Shown here in pieces: positions 9,123 through 19,013 of a stretch of 64,000 bases of DNA (its first letter is position 1; the number at the start of each line of letters is the position of its first letter). The notes beneath the pieces were generated by a model. It did not search any database, had not been told where the DNA came from, and worked only from the letters and a program-made list of their open reading frames with translations. This DNA comes from Clostridia bacterium. GTDB lineage: Bacteria; Bacillota; Clostridia; JAAYHZ01. The DNA lies in NCBI GenBank assembly GCA_050950825.1, contig JBMNIH010000002.1, forward strand, positions 192,001 through 256,000. Direction: 5' to 3'. The position numbers and the translations under genes were made by a program.

Positions 9123-10354
9123 TGCCGGTTTTGCAAAGCCTTCATGTTCAAATAACGGAGAAAATAACATCGCCTGAGGATTACCGGAGCTTTGACGACT
9201 TGTTTTTAAACGTTACGGAAAAGATATTAACGGAAAAGCCGGGGCTGGTTTTGGAGGTTTCCGAAGGAAAGCGTGACAAGAGTGCATTGGAAAAAGAAAT
9301 TATTAAAATCATCGACAGCGATATGAAAAAACCGGTCTATATGCGAGAAGACATCATAAAAGGCGTATTTGATTTCATGTTCGGCTACGGACAGCTTCAA
9401 CCCTACATCGACGATGAAGATATATCGGATATTGACGGTACGGCATACAATTGCTTTGCCATAAAAAGAAACGGAGTACGTGAAAAGGTTAATGTAGACT
9501 TCGGAAGCGAGCGAATTTTCGATACCTATTGTAAATTAATCGCTATAAGGAATAACGGTATTCTGAACGAAAACGACAACCACTGCCGCGTAACCGACGA
9601 AAAGCACAAGCTGAGAATCAATTTGTCGGTTCGCCCTCGAAGCTCAACGGGACCTTCCATCAGTATACGCAAGCATCGCCAAGTCCCCTACGACATGAAC
9701 GACTTGGTGAACTTAGGAATGATGAATGAGGAAATAAAGGAGCTTTTGGAGTTCATGGCAAAAGGTTCGGCAAGCGTGTTGTTTTGCGGGAAAGGTGCGG
9801 CGGGAAAAACCACGCTGTTAAGAGCATTTATCGATTCCATGCCGGAAATGGAACGTGTTTTGATTATGGAGTCGGATACCGAAATTTATCCCTCCAAACC
9901 GTACTGTATTCAACATAAAATCAAGAAAAAAAATGAAGGCGGAATTACGGTAACGTTAGCGGACCTGGTCCGAGACGGGCTCACCATGTCGCTGGACACC
10001 TATGTCATCGGGGAGATCGTCGGAAACGAGGCTTGGGAATTTATCAAAGCGTCTTTCTCCGGTCATCGATGCGCAGGAACCATTCACGCCGAAAACGGAA
10101 ATGCCGTATTTCCGAGACTTATGGCTTTAGCCCGAGGAGACAGCAACGCCTACAGTGAAAAAACCATCATGCAAATGGCGGCAGAAGGAATCGATGCCGT
10201 CGTATATCTTCGAAATTTTAAAGTGGATGAAGTACTTGAGGTTGCAGGATACGACGAAGAGAAAGGATCGGTGGCTACTCGCTATTTATACAAAAGACAA
10301 AGCGGCGAAACGGTACAGAAGCCGTCCGAACGATTGCGATTAAAAGGAGGATGA
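9122..10354 (+). CDS. tadA: Tad pilus assembly ATPase (CpaF/TadA)
   Basis: YGQLQPYIDDEDISDI, ISIRKH, Walker A GKGAAGKTT, Walker B YVIGE, SGH...TIHA; start overlaps the kinase stop (TAATG). Confidence 0.9.
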   Translation: MPVLQSLHVQITEKITSPEDYRSFDDLFLNVTEKILTEKPGLVLEVSEGKRDKSALEKEIIKIIDSDMKKPVYMREDIIKGVFDFMFGYGQLQPYIDDEDISDIDGTAYNCFAIKRNGVREKVNVDFGSERIFDTYCKLIAIRNNGILNENDNHCRVTDEKHKLRINLSVRPRSSTGPSISIRKHRQVPYDMNDLVNLGMMNEEIKELLEFMAKGSASVLFCGKGAAGKTTLLRAFIDSMPEMERVLIMESDTEIYPSKPYCIQHKIKKKNEGGITVTLADLVRDGLTMSLDTYVIGEIVGNEAWEFIKASFSGHRCAGTIHAENGNAVFPRLMALARGDSNAYSEKTIMQMAAEGIDAVVYLRNFKVDEVLEVAGYDEEKGSVATRYLYKRQSGETVQKPSERLRLKGG

Positions 10355-10358
10355 GTCT

Positions 10359-11291
10359 TTGCCGTTGAAGGAAATTTTGCTGAAAATTTTAACGATAGGT
10401 ACCGTCTTTTGTTTCTCCTATCTTGCAGCCTCGGTATTCATTAAAGACGCCTTTTTTCGTAAAGTGAAAGCCGCCGTAAACAAGCGCCGGCAAGAAATTA
10501 TGCGACCGGTATCCTATCCGTACCGATGGATGAATCGCTTGAACGATCGATACATTGAAAAGAGTAACATTAAAAGGTATTTGCCTTTTATGGGGCTATT
10601 TCCACTCCTGTTTTTGGAATTCGGCATCGCCGTGACCGTTTTTATCGTGACTCTTTCGAAGGAAGGTTCGTTGGCGGCGGCATCGGCCTTATCCGTGTTT
10701 GCCGCCATACTCCCCCTCCTGTTATTGGATTTTTTATCAAGCTACTTCGCGGAGAAAACCCAAAACGATTTGGCTTCTTTTATCTCCGTACTGGCACGAT
10801 GGTCATCGGTTAAAAACGATGTGTTTTTCGCCTTTGAAAAAGCATTGGAATCCGGTCTGAATGAACCCTTGCATACCTATGTACGGGATTTGACGGTACA
10901 AATCCGATGCGGTATGAATGCCGAAGACGCGTTGGACCGGTTTTCGAACCGATTGGGAGACGCGGAATTCAAAGACGCCATTTTGAATATAAAGCAAAAC
11001 GTTCGTTTCCGCGGTGATTTCAATGCCCTTTTGACCAATATGGAGGGACGCTTTTACCGCATGCAGGAAGAACGCAACAGAAGAAAAATATCTACGTTAG
11101 GAGATCGAACCTTGATAGTAGCAACGATTTTTGCCGTAATCGGCTTGGCCGTTTATTTTCTGAAAAGCAATGAAAAAATATCCGCTTTCTACTTGCACGA
11201 CCCGTCGGGAAAACTGCTTTTATCCGTCTTATGCCTTTTATTCCTATCGGGAATGATCTTGTTTATGAACATTACGAAGGTGAAGGAGTAA
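10359..11291 (+). CDS. tadB: TadB-like inner-membrane platform protein
   Basis: Multi-TM protein directly after tadA; T2SS-F-like segment QIRCGMNAEDALDRF. Confidence 0.75.
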   Translation: MPLKEILLKILTIGTVFCFSYLAASVFIKDAFFRKVKAAVNKRRQEIMRPVSYPYRWMNRLNDRYIEKSNIKRYLPFMGLFPLLFLEFGIAVTVFIVTLSKEGSLAAASALSVFAAILPLLLLDFLSSYFAEKTQNDLASFISVLARWSSVKNDVFFAFEKALESGLNEPLHTYVRDLTVQIRCGMNAEDALDRFSNRLGDAEFKDAILNIKQNVRFRGDFNALLTNMEGRFYRMQEERNRRKISTLGDRTLIVATIFAVIGLAVYFLKSNEKISAFYLHDPSGKLLLSVLCLLFLSGMILFMNITKVKE

Positions 11292-11297
11292 AATCCA

Positions 11298-12167
11298 ATG
11301 ATTCCGATGACGGTTTTTCTACTGATATCTTTCGCATTAAACACGATACCGGCTAAAATTTTGGTTCATAAATTTCTGACCGGTAAAAACGCATTCTTTA
11401 CGAAGGCGGTATACTACCGTCAGGTACATAATAGACCGAGGGACCAAAAGAAAATACTTGATTTTTTATCAAGCAAATTGTCTCAAACAATGCTTTATCA
11501 AAAAGCCGAAAAAGAAATCAAAAAAGCCGGATACGGCGGAAAATATCATCCCATACAATACATGGGGATATTGTACGGACTTCCCGTCATGATCTTCCTC
11601 ATCGGTATGATAAACGATCCTGCAAGATGGATTCAAACCGTTATAGGTTGTTCCGCCCTGTTTACCGGGACTAAAATTTACGTCAAAGGGAAAACCAAAA
11701 AGATTACCGATCAGTTCGAAAAGCATGCTTGGCGTATTTATCGCTATCTTCACAACCAGATTGCATCCGGCATCAAAATTACCGATGCCATCACGACGGT
11801 TTACGAAACGGTAAACGAAAAGGATATACGGGAAATATTGATTAAGTTTGCCGCAACCTTTCAGTTGACCATGAAGATCGAAGAAGCTTTGGAGGAGATA
11901 AACGGACGGTTCGGAGGAAACGAAGCCGCAACTCTTTGTATGGCATTAAGAGAAGGCGTAAAGACGGGAGACAGCGAATTGATGCTCAAACGCCAAGAGG
12001 ATATCATGTTCAATAAATATTTCAACCGCTTGGAAGCGGAAACGGAAAAACGGCGCACCTTCTGCATTTTATCCGCCGCGATGTTTTGCGCCATATTGGT
12101 CATATTGGCGTCGGTGCCTATCGTTATGGACTTAACGGATGCCTTAGGAGGTATCTTTACAAGTTAA
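11298..12167 (+). CDS. tadC: TadC-like inner-membrane platform protein
   Basis: Second T2SS-F-like protein (ASGIKITDAI, EEALEEI, GVKTG) with a C-terminal TM helix. Confidence 0.75.
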   Translation: MIPMTVFLLISFALNTIPAKILVHKFLTGKNAFFTKAVYYRQVHNRPRDQKKILDFLSSKLSQTMLYQKAEKEIKKAGYGGKYHPIQYMGILYGLPVMIFLIGMINDPARWIQTVIGCSALFTGTKIYVKGKTKKITDQFEKHAWRIYRYLHNQIASGIKITDAITTVYETVNEKDIREILIKFAATFQLTMKIEEALEEINGRFGGNEAATLCMALREGVKTGDSELMLKRQEDIMFNKYFNRLEAETEKRRTFCILSAAMFCAILVILASVPIVMDLTDALGGIFTS

Positions 12168-12191
12168 AACAAAGGAAAAGAGGGATAAAAA

Positions 12192-12404
12192 ATGCGAAAA
12201 GAACCATTAATCCACAAAGTAAAATCCAATTTATGCAACAACAAGGGCTTCGGTGTTCAGGAAATACTGGGTATTGCGGCCATGTTCATTATTGCAGGCT
12301 TTGTCCTGATACCCGGACTCAAATCCTTCGCTCAAGAAGTGATTCAAGAATTGAACTCTTGGTTTGAAAAAACCATTATATCCAACATCTTTCCCACTTC
12401 ATAA
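12192..12404 (+). CDS. Short Flp-like major pilin
   Basis: 70 aa with class III signal NNKG|FGVQE followed by a hydrophobic helix; RBS upstream. Confidence 0.75.
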   Translation: MRKEPLIHKVKSNLCNNKGFGVQEILGIAAMFIIAGFVLIPGLKSFAQEVIQELNSWFEKTIISNIFPTS

Positions 12405-12412
12405 ATTTCGGT

Positions 12413-12790
12413 ATGTCTGCAAAGATTACGGTTACCGCGGTTTTGTTGGTATTTCTATTGCTTTTGACCGTTTTTATGGTGGAATTGACGGTTCCTTTAT
12501 CGGTATACTCGGACTTTAACGAGCTGTGCCGAATCGCTTTGATCCGCATGGAGGTCAACGGCGGCATGACGGCGGATATTGAGAACGACCTTTTCGAACG
12601 TCTACGGGAATTGAATTTGACCGATATCAGGATTGAAGGGACGGAGCATGCCAAATACGGCGATTATATCCGCCTTCAAGTATCCGCCGCCACAAGGAAC
12701 CGCATCATGACATCCCTGTTTCGTCGGGAAATCCGATACCGGTATTTCTCGTACGACAAAACATCCGTATCCAGGAGGATCGTAAAATAA
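12413..12790 (+). CDS. Minor pilin/TadE-like (possibly DUF4320-like) protein
   Basis: N-terminal hydrophobic helix, small size, position in the Tad operon. Confidence 0.55.
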   Translation: MSAKITVTAVLLVFLLLLTVFMVELTVPLSVYSDFNELCRIALIRMEVNGGMTADIENDLFERLRELNLTDIRIEGTEHAKYGDYIRLQVSAATRNRIMTSLFRREIRYRYFSYDKTSVSRRIVK

Positions 12791-13297
12791 ATGCGGAATA
12801 AAAAAAACCAAGGCTCGGTAGAGTTTGCCGTCATATTCTGTGCGTTGACGGTATTCATATTCCTTCCTTTGTTCGGTACATTGGCGCAAAAAGCTCTATT
12901 GTACTATAAAAAGGAAGCGATACGCCAAAGCGTAGACCTTGCCGTCATGGCGGCGTACACCGCTTTAGACGCATCGGAGGCGGGAACGGGAGAACAGATC
13001 TTATCCGAGGATAAGTTTCGCCGCATCTTTGTTTCCGTTCTGTCGAGAAACTTAAAATTGGACCATGATTTGACGGGATATCCTCATTCCATGGTAGCAG
13101 GGAAAATCGAAATCCATGACTTAGCCTTTGTGAATTCCGGTTTACCTTACTCGGAGGGCGGCAGGACTTTTACATACCCTTTTATTCGATGCGAACTCAG
13201 CGTTCCGGTAGAACCCGATTTATTCACATTTTTATGGGATCAAAAAACCTACATCCTCCGAGAAACCGTTTATACCGAGCTTCCTTTTGATCGGTAA
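12791..13297 (+). CDS. TadE/TadG-like pseudopilin
   Basis: QGSVEFA followed by a TM helix, then SVDLAVMAA resembling the TadG a-D-a-A-a motif. Confidence 0.6.
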   Translation: MRNKKNQGSVEFAVIFCALTVFIFLPLFGTLAQKALLYYKKEAIRQSVDLAVMAAYTALDASEAGTGEQILSEDKFRRIFVSVLSRNLKLDHDLTGYPHSMVAGKIEIHDLAFVNSGLPYSEGGRTFTYPFIRCELSVPVEPDLFTFLWDQKTYILRETVYTELPFDR

Positions 13298-13335
13298 AGC
13301 TCAATTTATAGAAACGACTGTTAGGAATAAAGGAC

Positions 13336-13974
13336 ATGAAAAAAATATCGATACTCATATTAACGGGAATAATCGCTATCGCGCTTACGGCCGTTCAAAT
13401 CCGAATCGTAAAAAACGCAGCGGAGGAAGAAGAAAAGGTTGAAGCCTTCGTGTATACCCGCTCCTTTCAAAAAGGAGATGAAGCATTGCCGAGTATGCTA
13501 AAAAGCGTTTCGGTACCCGTCAGCCTGGTGCCTTCCGGGTATTGCACTCACAAGGAAGAATTGACGGACCGATATTTCACCCGAGATGTATATGCGGGAG
13601 AGATTGCTTTAGCCCATGACATATCTTCGGTCAATCCGAAAGATACCGAACTGCTGCAAAAAACGAAAGAGGAAAATGTTTTCATCTCCATCAAGCCGGA
13701 TCCCGAAAGAACGGTGGCTTGGCAAGTGGAAAAAGACCATAAGGTGGACATCTTCTTTGTTCCTTATCGGAACGAGGAAATCGCCTCCTTTCGATTGGAG
13801 AGTATACGAATTGCGGGGATTGTCGACGACGGCTTCTCCATTCCGGATTCCGGCAGCCGGAATCAACAAGGCAAAAAACCCGTTTATTTGATACTGGAAG
13901 TCACTGTTGAAGAAGCGGAGAAAATTGCATCGTCAAGGCCTTTCGGGTATTTTGATGTCATATTAAGGGATTGA
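13336..13974 (+). CDS. CpaB/RcpC-like SAF-domain protein
   Basis: N-terminal anchor, SAF-like GDEA..SML...YAGEI, KDHKVDIF, LILEVTVEEAEKI. Confidence 0.75.
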   Translation: MKKISILILTGIIAIALTAVQIRIVKNAAEEEEKVEAFVYTRSFQKGDEALPSMLKSVSVPVSLVPSGYCTHKEELTDRYFTRDVYAGEIALAHDISSVNPKDTELLQKTKEENVFISIKPDPERTVAWQVEKDHKVDIFFVPYRNEEIASFRLESIRIAGIVDDGFSIPDSGSRNQQGKKPVYLILEVTVEEAEKIASSRPFGYFDVILRD

Positions 13975-13987
13975 ACGGTATATCGAG

Positions 13988-14722
13988 CTAGGTCCTAAGA
14001 TAAATCTTTCTCACTTCTTCGGTATATTGATTGTTTTCATCGTATACAAACAAAGGTTTTTCCACGCGAAGCTCTTGCTTCCCGTATTTGACGCCGCATA
14101 AAAGAACCAAATTCGGTTCTTTTTGCATTTGCGGATATACGAAACGCATCCTTTTCGGTTCGATTTTGTACTTTCTCATGGCCTCGAAAATATCCGGCAA
14201 ACGATGAGGGCGGTGTACCATGAACAGCTTCCCCTTTTCTTTTAATAAATAATGGGAGGCTTTAAGAATATCGTCAATGGTACAAGCAACTTCGTGACGA
14301 GATACGGCTTTAGCCGGATTCGGATTCAACAAACCGTCACCCGCTTTCATGTAAGGAGGATTGGTGACAACCGCATCAAACGATCCGCCTTCAAATCGTG
14401 AATTTGTATCCTTTACATCGCACAAAACAAAACGGACATAATCTTCGATACCGTTGAGCACGGCGCTTCTTTGCGCCATCTCGATCATGTCTTCTTGAAT
14501 ATCGATTCCGAAAAAGGTATCGCCCTTGTCTTTACCGTAGAGCAAAACCGGAAGGATGCCCGTTCCGGTTCCGATATCAAAAACTTTTGCATTTTTATCG
14601 ATTTGAACAAAATCCGATAACAAAACGGCGTCGATACCGAACTTGAATCCGTTTTTCTTTTGAATCAGCTTCAAACCTTTTAATTGTAAATCGTCGATAA
14701 TTTCATTATCCAATATTTTCAT
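13988..14722 (-). CDS. tRNA1(Val) adenine-37 N6-methyltransferase (YabB/TrmN6-like)
   Basis: FKFGIDAVLLSDF, DIGTGTG, TNPPY, SRHE. Confidence 0.88.
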   Translation of the reverse strand: MKILDNEIIDDLQLKGLKLIQKKNGFKFGIDAVLLSDFVQIDKNAKVFDIGTGTGILPVLLYGKDKGDTFFGIDIQEDMIEMAQRSAVLNGIEDYVRFVLCDVKDTNSRFEGGSFDAVVTNPPYMKAGDGLLNPNPAKAVSRHEVACTIDDILKASHYLLKEKGKLFMVHRPHRLPDIFEAMRKYKIEPKRMRFVYPQMQKEPNLVLLCGVKYGKQELRVEKPLFVYDENNQYTEEVRKIYLRT

Positions 14723-14728
14723 AAGCCG

Positions 14729-15409
14729 TTACATATTCAACATTCGGAGTATTTCCTCTTCATCGGCTTGCTCTCGTCTTCCGGGGCAGTTTTTCCTGCT
14801 ACAGATTCTGCAGTTGCAATAGCCTTCTTCATTCTCAAATAAAATACCGGAAACCGATTTCAAAGGATACATAAGCATGGTCTTGTCCAACCGTACACCC
14901 GTCTTTTCATATACGGATCCCAGAAGCTCGAAAAGCGGCTGTTGTTCGGTAATGGGCCATAAAGGTATGGAGCCCGGGTTTACCGACGATAGCTTCAAAT
15001 TGCCGTTTTTTTCAGCTATGGTTGCATGCAGAAGCTCCATTATAGGAGCAATGGCCCCCTGGCGAATATCGTCATAGCAATATTCCAACAGCAAATCGTC
15101 GCAATTTCTTCCCCAGCTGTCCAATTCCGGACCGCAGCTTGCAACATAAGGATATACGGTTTTTAAGCCCTTTAAACGATCCGCTATAAATTTACCCGTA
15201 AATCGTACCCCGTCAATGACAATATAGTCGGAACCGATTTCATCGATATTCGACTTTTTGTAGCAGACGACAGGCTCCGCCAGCATGGATACTTCTTCAC
15301 ATGCCGAAGCAAGGGCGGGATACAAAGAATCCTCTTCGTCAATACCGTATTTTTGTGCAATTTTCTTCGGATCGGGATAATATTTCGTTTTTAATACTAT
15401 TAAGTCCAT
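14729..15409 (-). CDS. Stand-alone B12-dependent methionine synthase activation-domain-like protein
   Basis: NPGS...W...QQPLF...MYPLKSVSGI and C-terminal CxxCxxxxCPGR. Confidence 0.75.
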   Translation of the reverse strand: MDLIVLKTKYYPDPKKIAQKYGIDEEDSLYPALASACEEVSMLAEPVVCYKKSNIDEIGSDYIVIDGVRFTGKFIADRLKGLKTVYPYVASCGPELDSWGRNCDDLLLEYCYDDIRQGAIAPIMELLHATIAEKNGNLKLSSVNPGSIPLWPITEQQPLFELLGSVYEKTGVRLDKTMLMYPLKSVSGILFENEEGYCNCRICSRKNCPGRREQADEEEILRMLNM

Positions 15410-15474
15410 GAGATTTATAACCTCGAGATGATTTTTGTAAAGCAGCTTAATTATATGGCAGTTGCAAAAGGCTG

Positions 15475-16149
15475 TCAAGGAACATCGGAGGTGGCCGCCG
15501 CAATACCGATCACCTTTTTGGCACCCGCTTTTTTCAACTCCTTGGCAAGCTCGTTGAGGGTGCTTCCGGTGGTAACCACATCGTCGGCAATGATGACGAT
15601 TCTTCCCTTTACTTTGGCAGGATCAACTACGTAAAAGCAGTCCTTGATGTTTTCAATGCGCCGGCGGCTTCCTAAGGTGCTTTGTGCCTTCGTTTCCCGT
15701 ATGCGAATGACGGTGTTTTTTAAGAATTCCGTGCCTAACTCCTTTGCCATTTGCTTTGCCAAAATGGAGCTTTGGTTGTATCGTCTTTCCCTTTTTCTTT
15801 TCTTGCCTAAAGGTACATCCGTGATAACGGCTTGCTTGTATTCCGGGATGTTTCGCTTAACGTATTCCGCCATTAAGGAACCGAAGCCTTTCCCCTTGTC
15901 CGGTCGATTATTGAATTTTAACGCTACGATCGCCCGGCTCACCGGTTCTTCGTATAGAAACAGGCCGTGGCATTCGTCCACATAATGAAGATTGATTTTT
16001 CGTTCGACGATTCTATTGTAATGGATCTTCTGCGTTCTGCAATCATCGCACAAAATGCCCGTATAATCCGTATCATAAAGCTCGTCGCAAAGCAAACATC
16101 TTTTTGGATATATAAAATCCAACAACAATTCGATTCCCTTTTTTATCAT
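15475..16149 (-). CDS. comF: ComF family protein
   Basis: N-terminal Zn finger (CLLC/CDDC), RRYNQS, PRTase motif IIADDVVTTGST. Confidence 0.9.
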   Translation of the reverse strand: MIKKGIELLLDFIYPKRCLLCDELYDTDYTGILCDDCRTQKIHYNRIVERKINLHYVDECHGLFLYEEPVSRAIVALKFNNRPDKGKGFGSLMAEYVKRNIPEYKQAVITDVPLGKKRKRERRYNQSSILAKQMAKELGTEFLKNTVIRIRETKAQSTLGSRRRIENIKDCFYVVDPAKVKGRIVIIADDVVTTGSTLNELAKELKKAGAKKVIGIAAATSDVP

Positions 16150-18377
16150 AGCTCGCCGTATGCAATGATTTTGCTCTTTAGTCCGCTGTATCGCTTAAGC
16201 TCTCTTACGTTATCCACCATTCCTTGTAAAGCGGCTTTATTGCCCACGATTACCACCAATTCTCTCGCACGGGTTACGGCCGTGTACAAAAGATTTCGCG
16301 TCATTAAAAGAGGCGGTCCGGGATATACCGGTAAAATGACGGCGGGAAACTCGCTACCTTGGCTTTTGTGAACGGTAACGGCATAGGCAGGTTCCAGCTC
16401 GTCAAAAAGTCCGTAGTCGTAATAGGCATAGCGATCTTCGAAAACAATCTTTGCTACTCGGTTTTCATCATCCAACTCTTCAATGATCCCGATATCTCCG
16501 TTGAATATTCCTTCACCCCATACGGATTCGTTATCGTTCATCACCCATTGAAGGTTGTAGTTGTTCTTAATTTGCATGACTTTATCCCCTACTCTGTAGG
16601 TAAAGTCTTTAAATTTGTATTCTCCCAACCCCGGTTTTTTCGGGTTTAAAACCTCTTGCAAGCGAACGTTCAACTCGTTAACTCCCGCAATTCCTTTTCT
16701 TATGGGAGTCAGCACTTGGATATCTTTCATGGGATCGTAGCCGTACGCATTCGGCAATCGATAAGCACACAGCTCCACAACGGTACTCGCCAATTTTTCA
16801 GGGGAGTTTTTGCTTAAAAAGAAGAAATCTCCTTTTTGATTGTTCATTTCCGGCATCTTACCGCTGTTGATATAATGGGCGTTTAACGTAATCATGCTGT
16901 CTTCATTTTGTCGGTATATGCGATTCAACTGAACGGTTTTGAATTTCCCGCCGGTTATGATATCACGAAGTACGTTTCCGGGGCCTACCGAAGGCAGCTG
17001 GTTGGAATCGCCGATTAAAACCAGCCTTGTTCCGGGAATAATGGCTTTTAACAAATGGTTCATTAAAAGAATATCCACCATGGACATCTCATCGATAATC
17101 ACTATATCGGCTATTAAAGGGTTGCTTTCGTTTCTTGCAAATTCCAAAGAGTCGTCATTGCCTTCTTCCATATAACCGATTTCCAAAAGACGATGGATGG
17201 TTTTCGCTTCGTGGCCGATGGCTTGGGTCATTCTTTTGGCGGCCCTGCCGGTAGGAGCGGCAAGCAAAAATACTTTTTTATCTTCTTTCATCAATCCGAT
17301 AATGGTATTGATAATCGTAGTTTTTCCGGTTCCGGGCCCTCCGGTAATAATGCAGAGACCGCTTGTTACCGCCATTTTAACCGCTTCCTTTTGGGTCTCG
17401 TCCAGGGTGATGTTGTTCATCTTCTCCAAAACACCGATTCGAAGGTCAAGGGTTTCTTCGTCGGCCGGAAACTCCGTTTCCGCCAAACGCAGAAGCTTTA
17501 AGGCTACGTTCTTTTCGGCGATATAAAAGGCGGAAAGATAAATATGAATGCCGGACTCGGTTTGCTCCACGGTAATTTTTTTATCCACAGCCAAACCGGA
17601 AATGAGGTGCTCCACTTGGTCCTGCAAAACTCCCAAAAGAGCGGCGGTCTTCCCGACCAAAACCGGTTCGGGCAAATAGGTATGCCCGGACCTTGCGGCC
17701 TCGGATAAAACATAGCGTATTCCGGCTTCCACACGGCTGTCGGAGGCCATATCGATACCGATTTTCATGGCAATGTTATCCGCCGTTTTAAATCCGATAC
17801 CGAAGACTTCCTCGGTTAAGCAGTAGGGGTTTTCCCGAACCCTCTGCAAGGCTTGGTTGCCAAACACCCGGTAGATTTTCATGGCATACCCCGGAGATAT
17901 GCCGTATTCTTGAAATTGCAGTATGATTCGCTGGGCCTCCGCCTGTTCCTTGTAAGCTTTCCCGATTTCCAAGGCCTTTTTCAAAGAGATTCCCTTGATC
18001 TCGGCAAGCTTGTCCGGTTGTGTTTCAATGATCTTCAAGGTATCGTTCCCGAATTTTTCCACGATCTTTTTCGCCGTAACAGGCCCGATCCCTTTGATTA
18101 AACCCGAAGCCAAGCTTCTTTCAATGGATTCGTGAGTATCGGGTTCGCATTTTTCAAAGGACACGACTTTAAATTGTTCGCCGTAATCTCGATGCTGAAC
18201 TCGATATCCGGTAACCTTGATTCTGTCGCCCTCATTGACAAAAGGCAGATTTCCGACTACCGTAATTTTTCCCTCTTTTGTTTTTAAGACGCAAACCAAA
18301 TACCCGTTTGCTTCATTTTTAAATATGATATCCGTTACGTTTCCCGTAAGGTCGATGAGTTGCTCTATTTGTTCCAA
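16146..18377 (-). CDS. recD2: RecD2-type SF1B helicase
   Basis: HhH GIGP, GGPGTGKTT, APTGRAA, DEMSM, TVHKSQGSE, LLYTAVTRA; TTG start after AGGAG. Confidence 0.92.
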   Translation of the reverse strand: MEQIEQLIDLTGNVTDIIFKNEANGYLVCVLKTKEGKITVVGNLPFVNEGDRIKVTGYRVQHRDYGEQFKVVSFEKCEPDTHESIERSLASGLIKGIGPVTAKKIVEKFGNDTLKIIETQPDKLAEIKGISLKKALEIGKAYKEQAEAQRIILQFQEYGISPGYAMKIYRVFGNQALQRVRENPYCLTEEVFGIGFKTADNIAMKIGIDMASDSRVEAGIRYVLSEAARSGHTYLPEPVLVGKTAALLGVLQDQVEHLISGLAVDKKITVEQTESGIHIYLSAFYIAEKNVALKLLRLAETEFPADEETLDLRIGVLEKMNNITLDETQKEAVKMAVTSGLCIITGGPGTGKTTIINTIIGLMKEDKKVFLLAAPTGRAAKRMTQAIGHEAKTIHRLLEIGYMEEGNDDSLEFARNESNPLIADIVIIDEMSMVDILLMNHLLKAIIPGTRLVLIGDSNQLPSVGPGNVLRDIITGGKFKTVQLNRIYRQNEDSMITLNAHYINSGKMPEMNNQKGDFFFLSKNSPEKLASTVVELCAYRLPNAYGYDPMKDIQVLTPIRKGIAGVNELNVRLQEVLNPKKPGLGEYKFKDFTYRVGDKVMQIKNNYNLQWVMNDNESVWGEGIFNGDIGIIEELDDENRVAKIVFEDRYAYYDYGLFDELEPAYAVTVHKSQGSEFPAVILPVYPGPPLLMTRNLLYTAVTRARELVVIVGNKAALQGMVDNVRELKRYSGLKSKIIAYGEL

Positions 18378-18427
18378 TCGTCTTCTCCTTCTTGCAAAGG
18401 TATCGTAATAGAAAAGACAGAAATCAT

Positions 18428-18703
18428 TTAATTTCCCATCCAAAGTATATCATATTTTTCACGTAAAAGCTTCTGCAGCTCTTTATCCGCAGGTTTTCCT
18501 TTTACAATAATTTGGACCGAAATATATCGGTTGAATTTTCGGATATGGCAAATGAAGGCTTCAATCAAATCCTCATCCCATTCGTCTATGGATATAACCA
18601 TCTTCTTTTGCTCGGTCTTGTCTTTATTGATAAACAGCTCATGGAACATGAATGCGCCAACGGATACGAAAAAGACGATAAGTATCAAAAACACAACAAC
18701 CAT
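18428..18703 (-). CDS. Small membrane-anchored hypothetical protein
   Basis: N-terminal TM helix, GAGGTG RBS. Confidence 0.6.
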   Translation of the reverse strand: MVVVFLILIVFFVSVGAFMFHELFINKDKTEQKKMVISIDEWDEDLIEAFICHIRKFNRYISVQIIVKGKPADKELQKLLREKYDILWMGN

Positions 18704-18797
18704 TATGACTCACCTCAATATATTATATGTGAGGGTGAAAATGTATGTGCAGGTTGTTGTGTTTCCGATCCCTATTTACGGATATTCGTTTTTCGGA

Positions 18798-19013
18798 TTA
18801 CTCCTCCGTCATGATTTTCTTTAAATTTTCCCATTCTTCTTCGTTCAAGGTGATGCCTTTACCGGCTCTTTCGTGGTCCGGTGCCCATTCACGTATATCG
18901 ATTTTCGGAGCTCGGCCGTTCCAGCTGACCAGGTTGACTTCTTTTCTCCAACCCTTCGGGGACTCCGATAACACGCCTAAAGACTTCACAATTTCAAATA
19001 CAATATCCGACAT
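18798..19013 (-). CDS. YdbC/PC4-like ssDNA-binding protein
   Basis: GWRKEVNLVSWN...KIDIREW...GKGITL signature. Confidence 0.85.
   Translation of the reverse strand: MSDIVFEIVKSLGVLSESPKGWRKEVNLVSWNGRAPKIDIREWAPDHERAGKGITLNEEEWENLKKIMTEE

Noticed and set aside
9122-13974. Conjugative (VirB11) system or ICE
   Set aside because: No VirB4, VirD4, relaxase or integrase; paired TadB/TadC, pilins and CpaB indicate a Tad pilus
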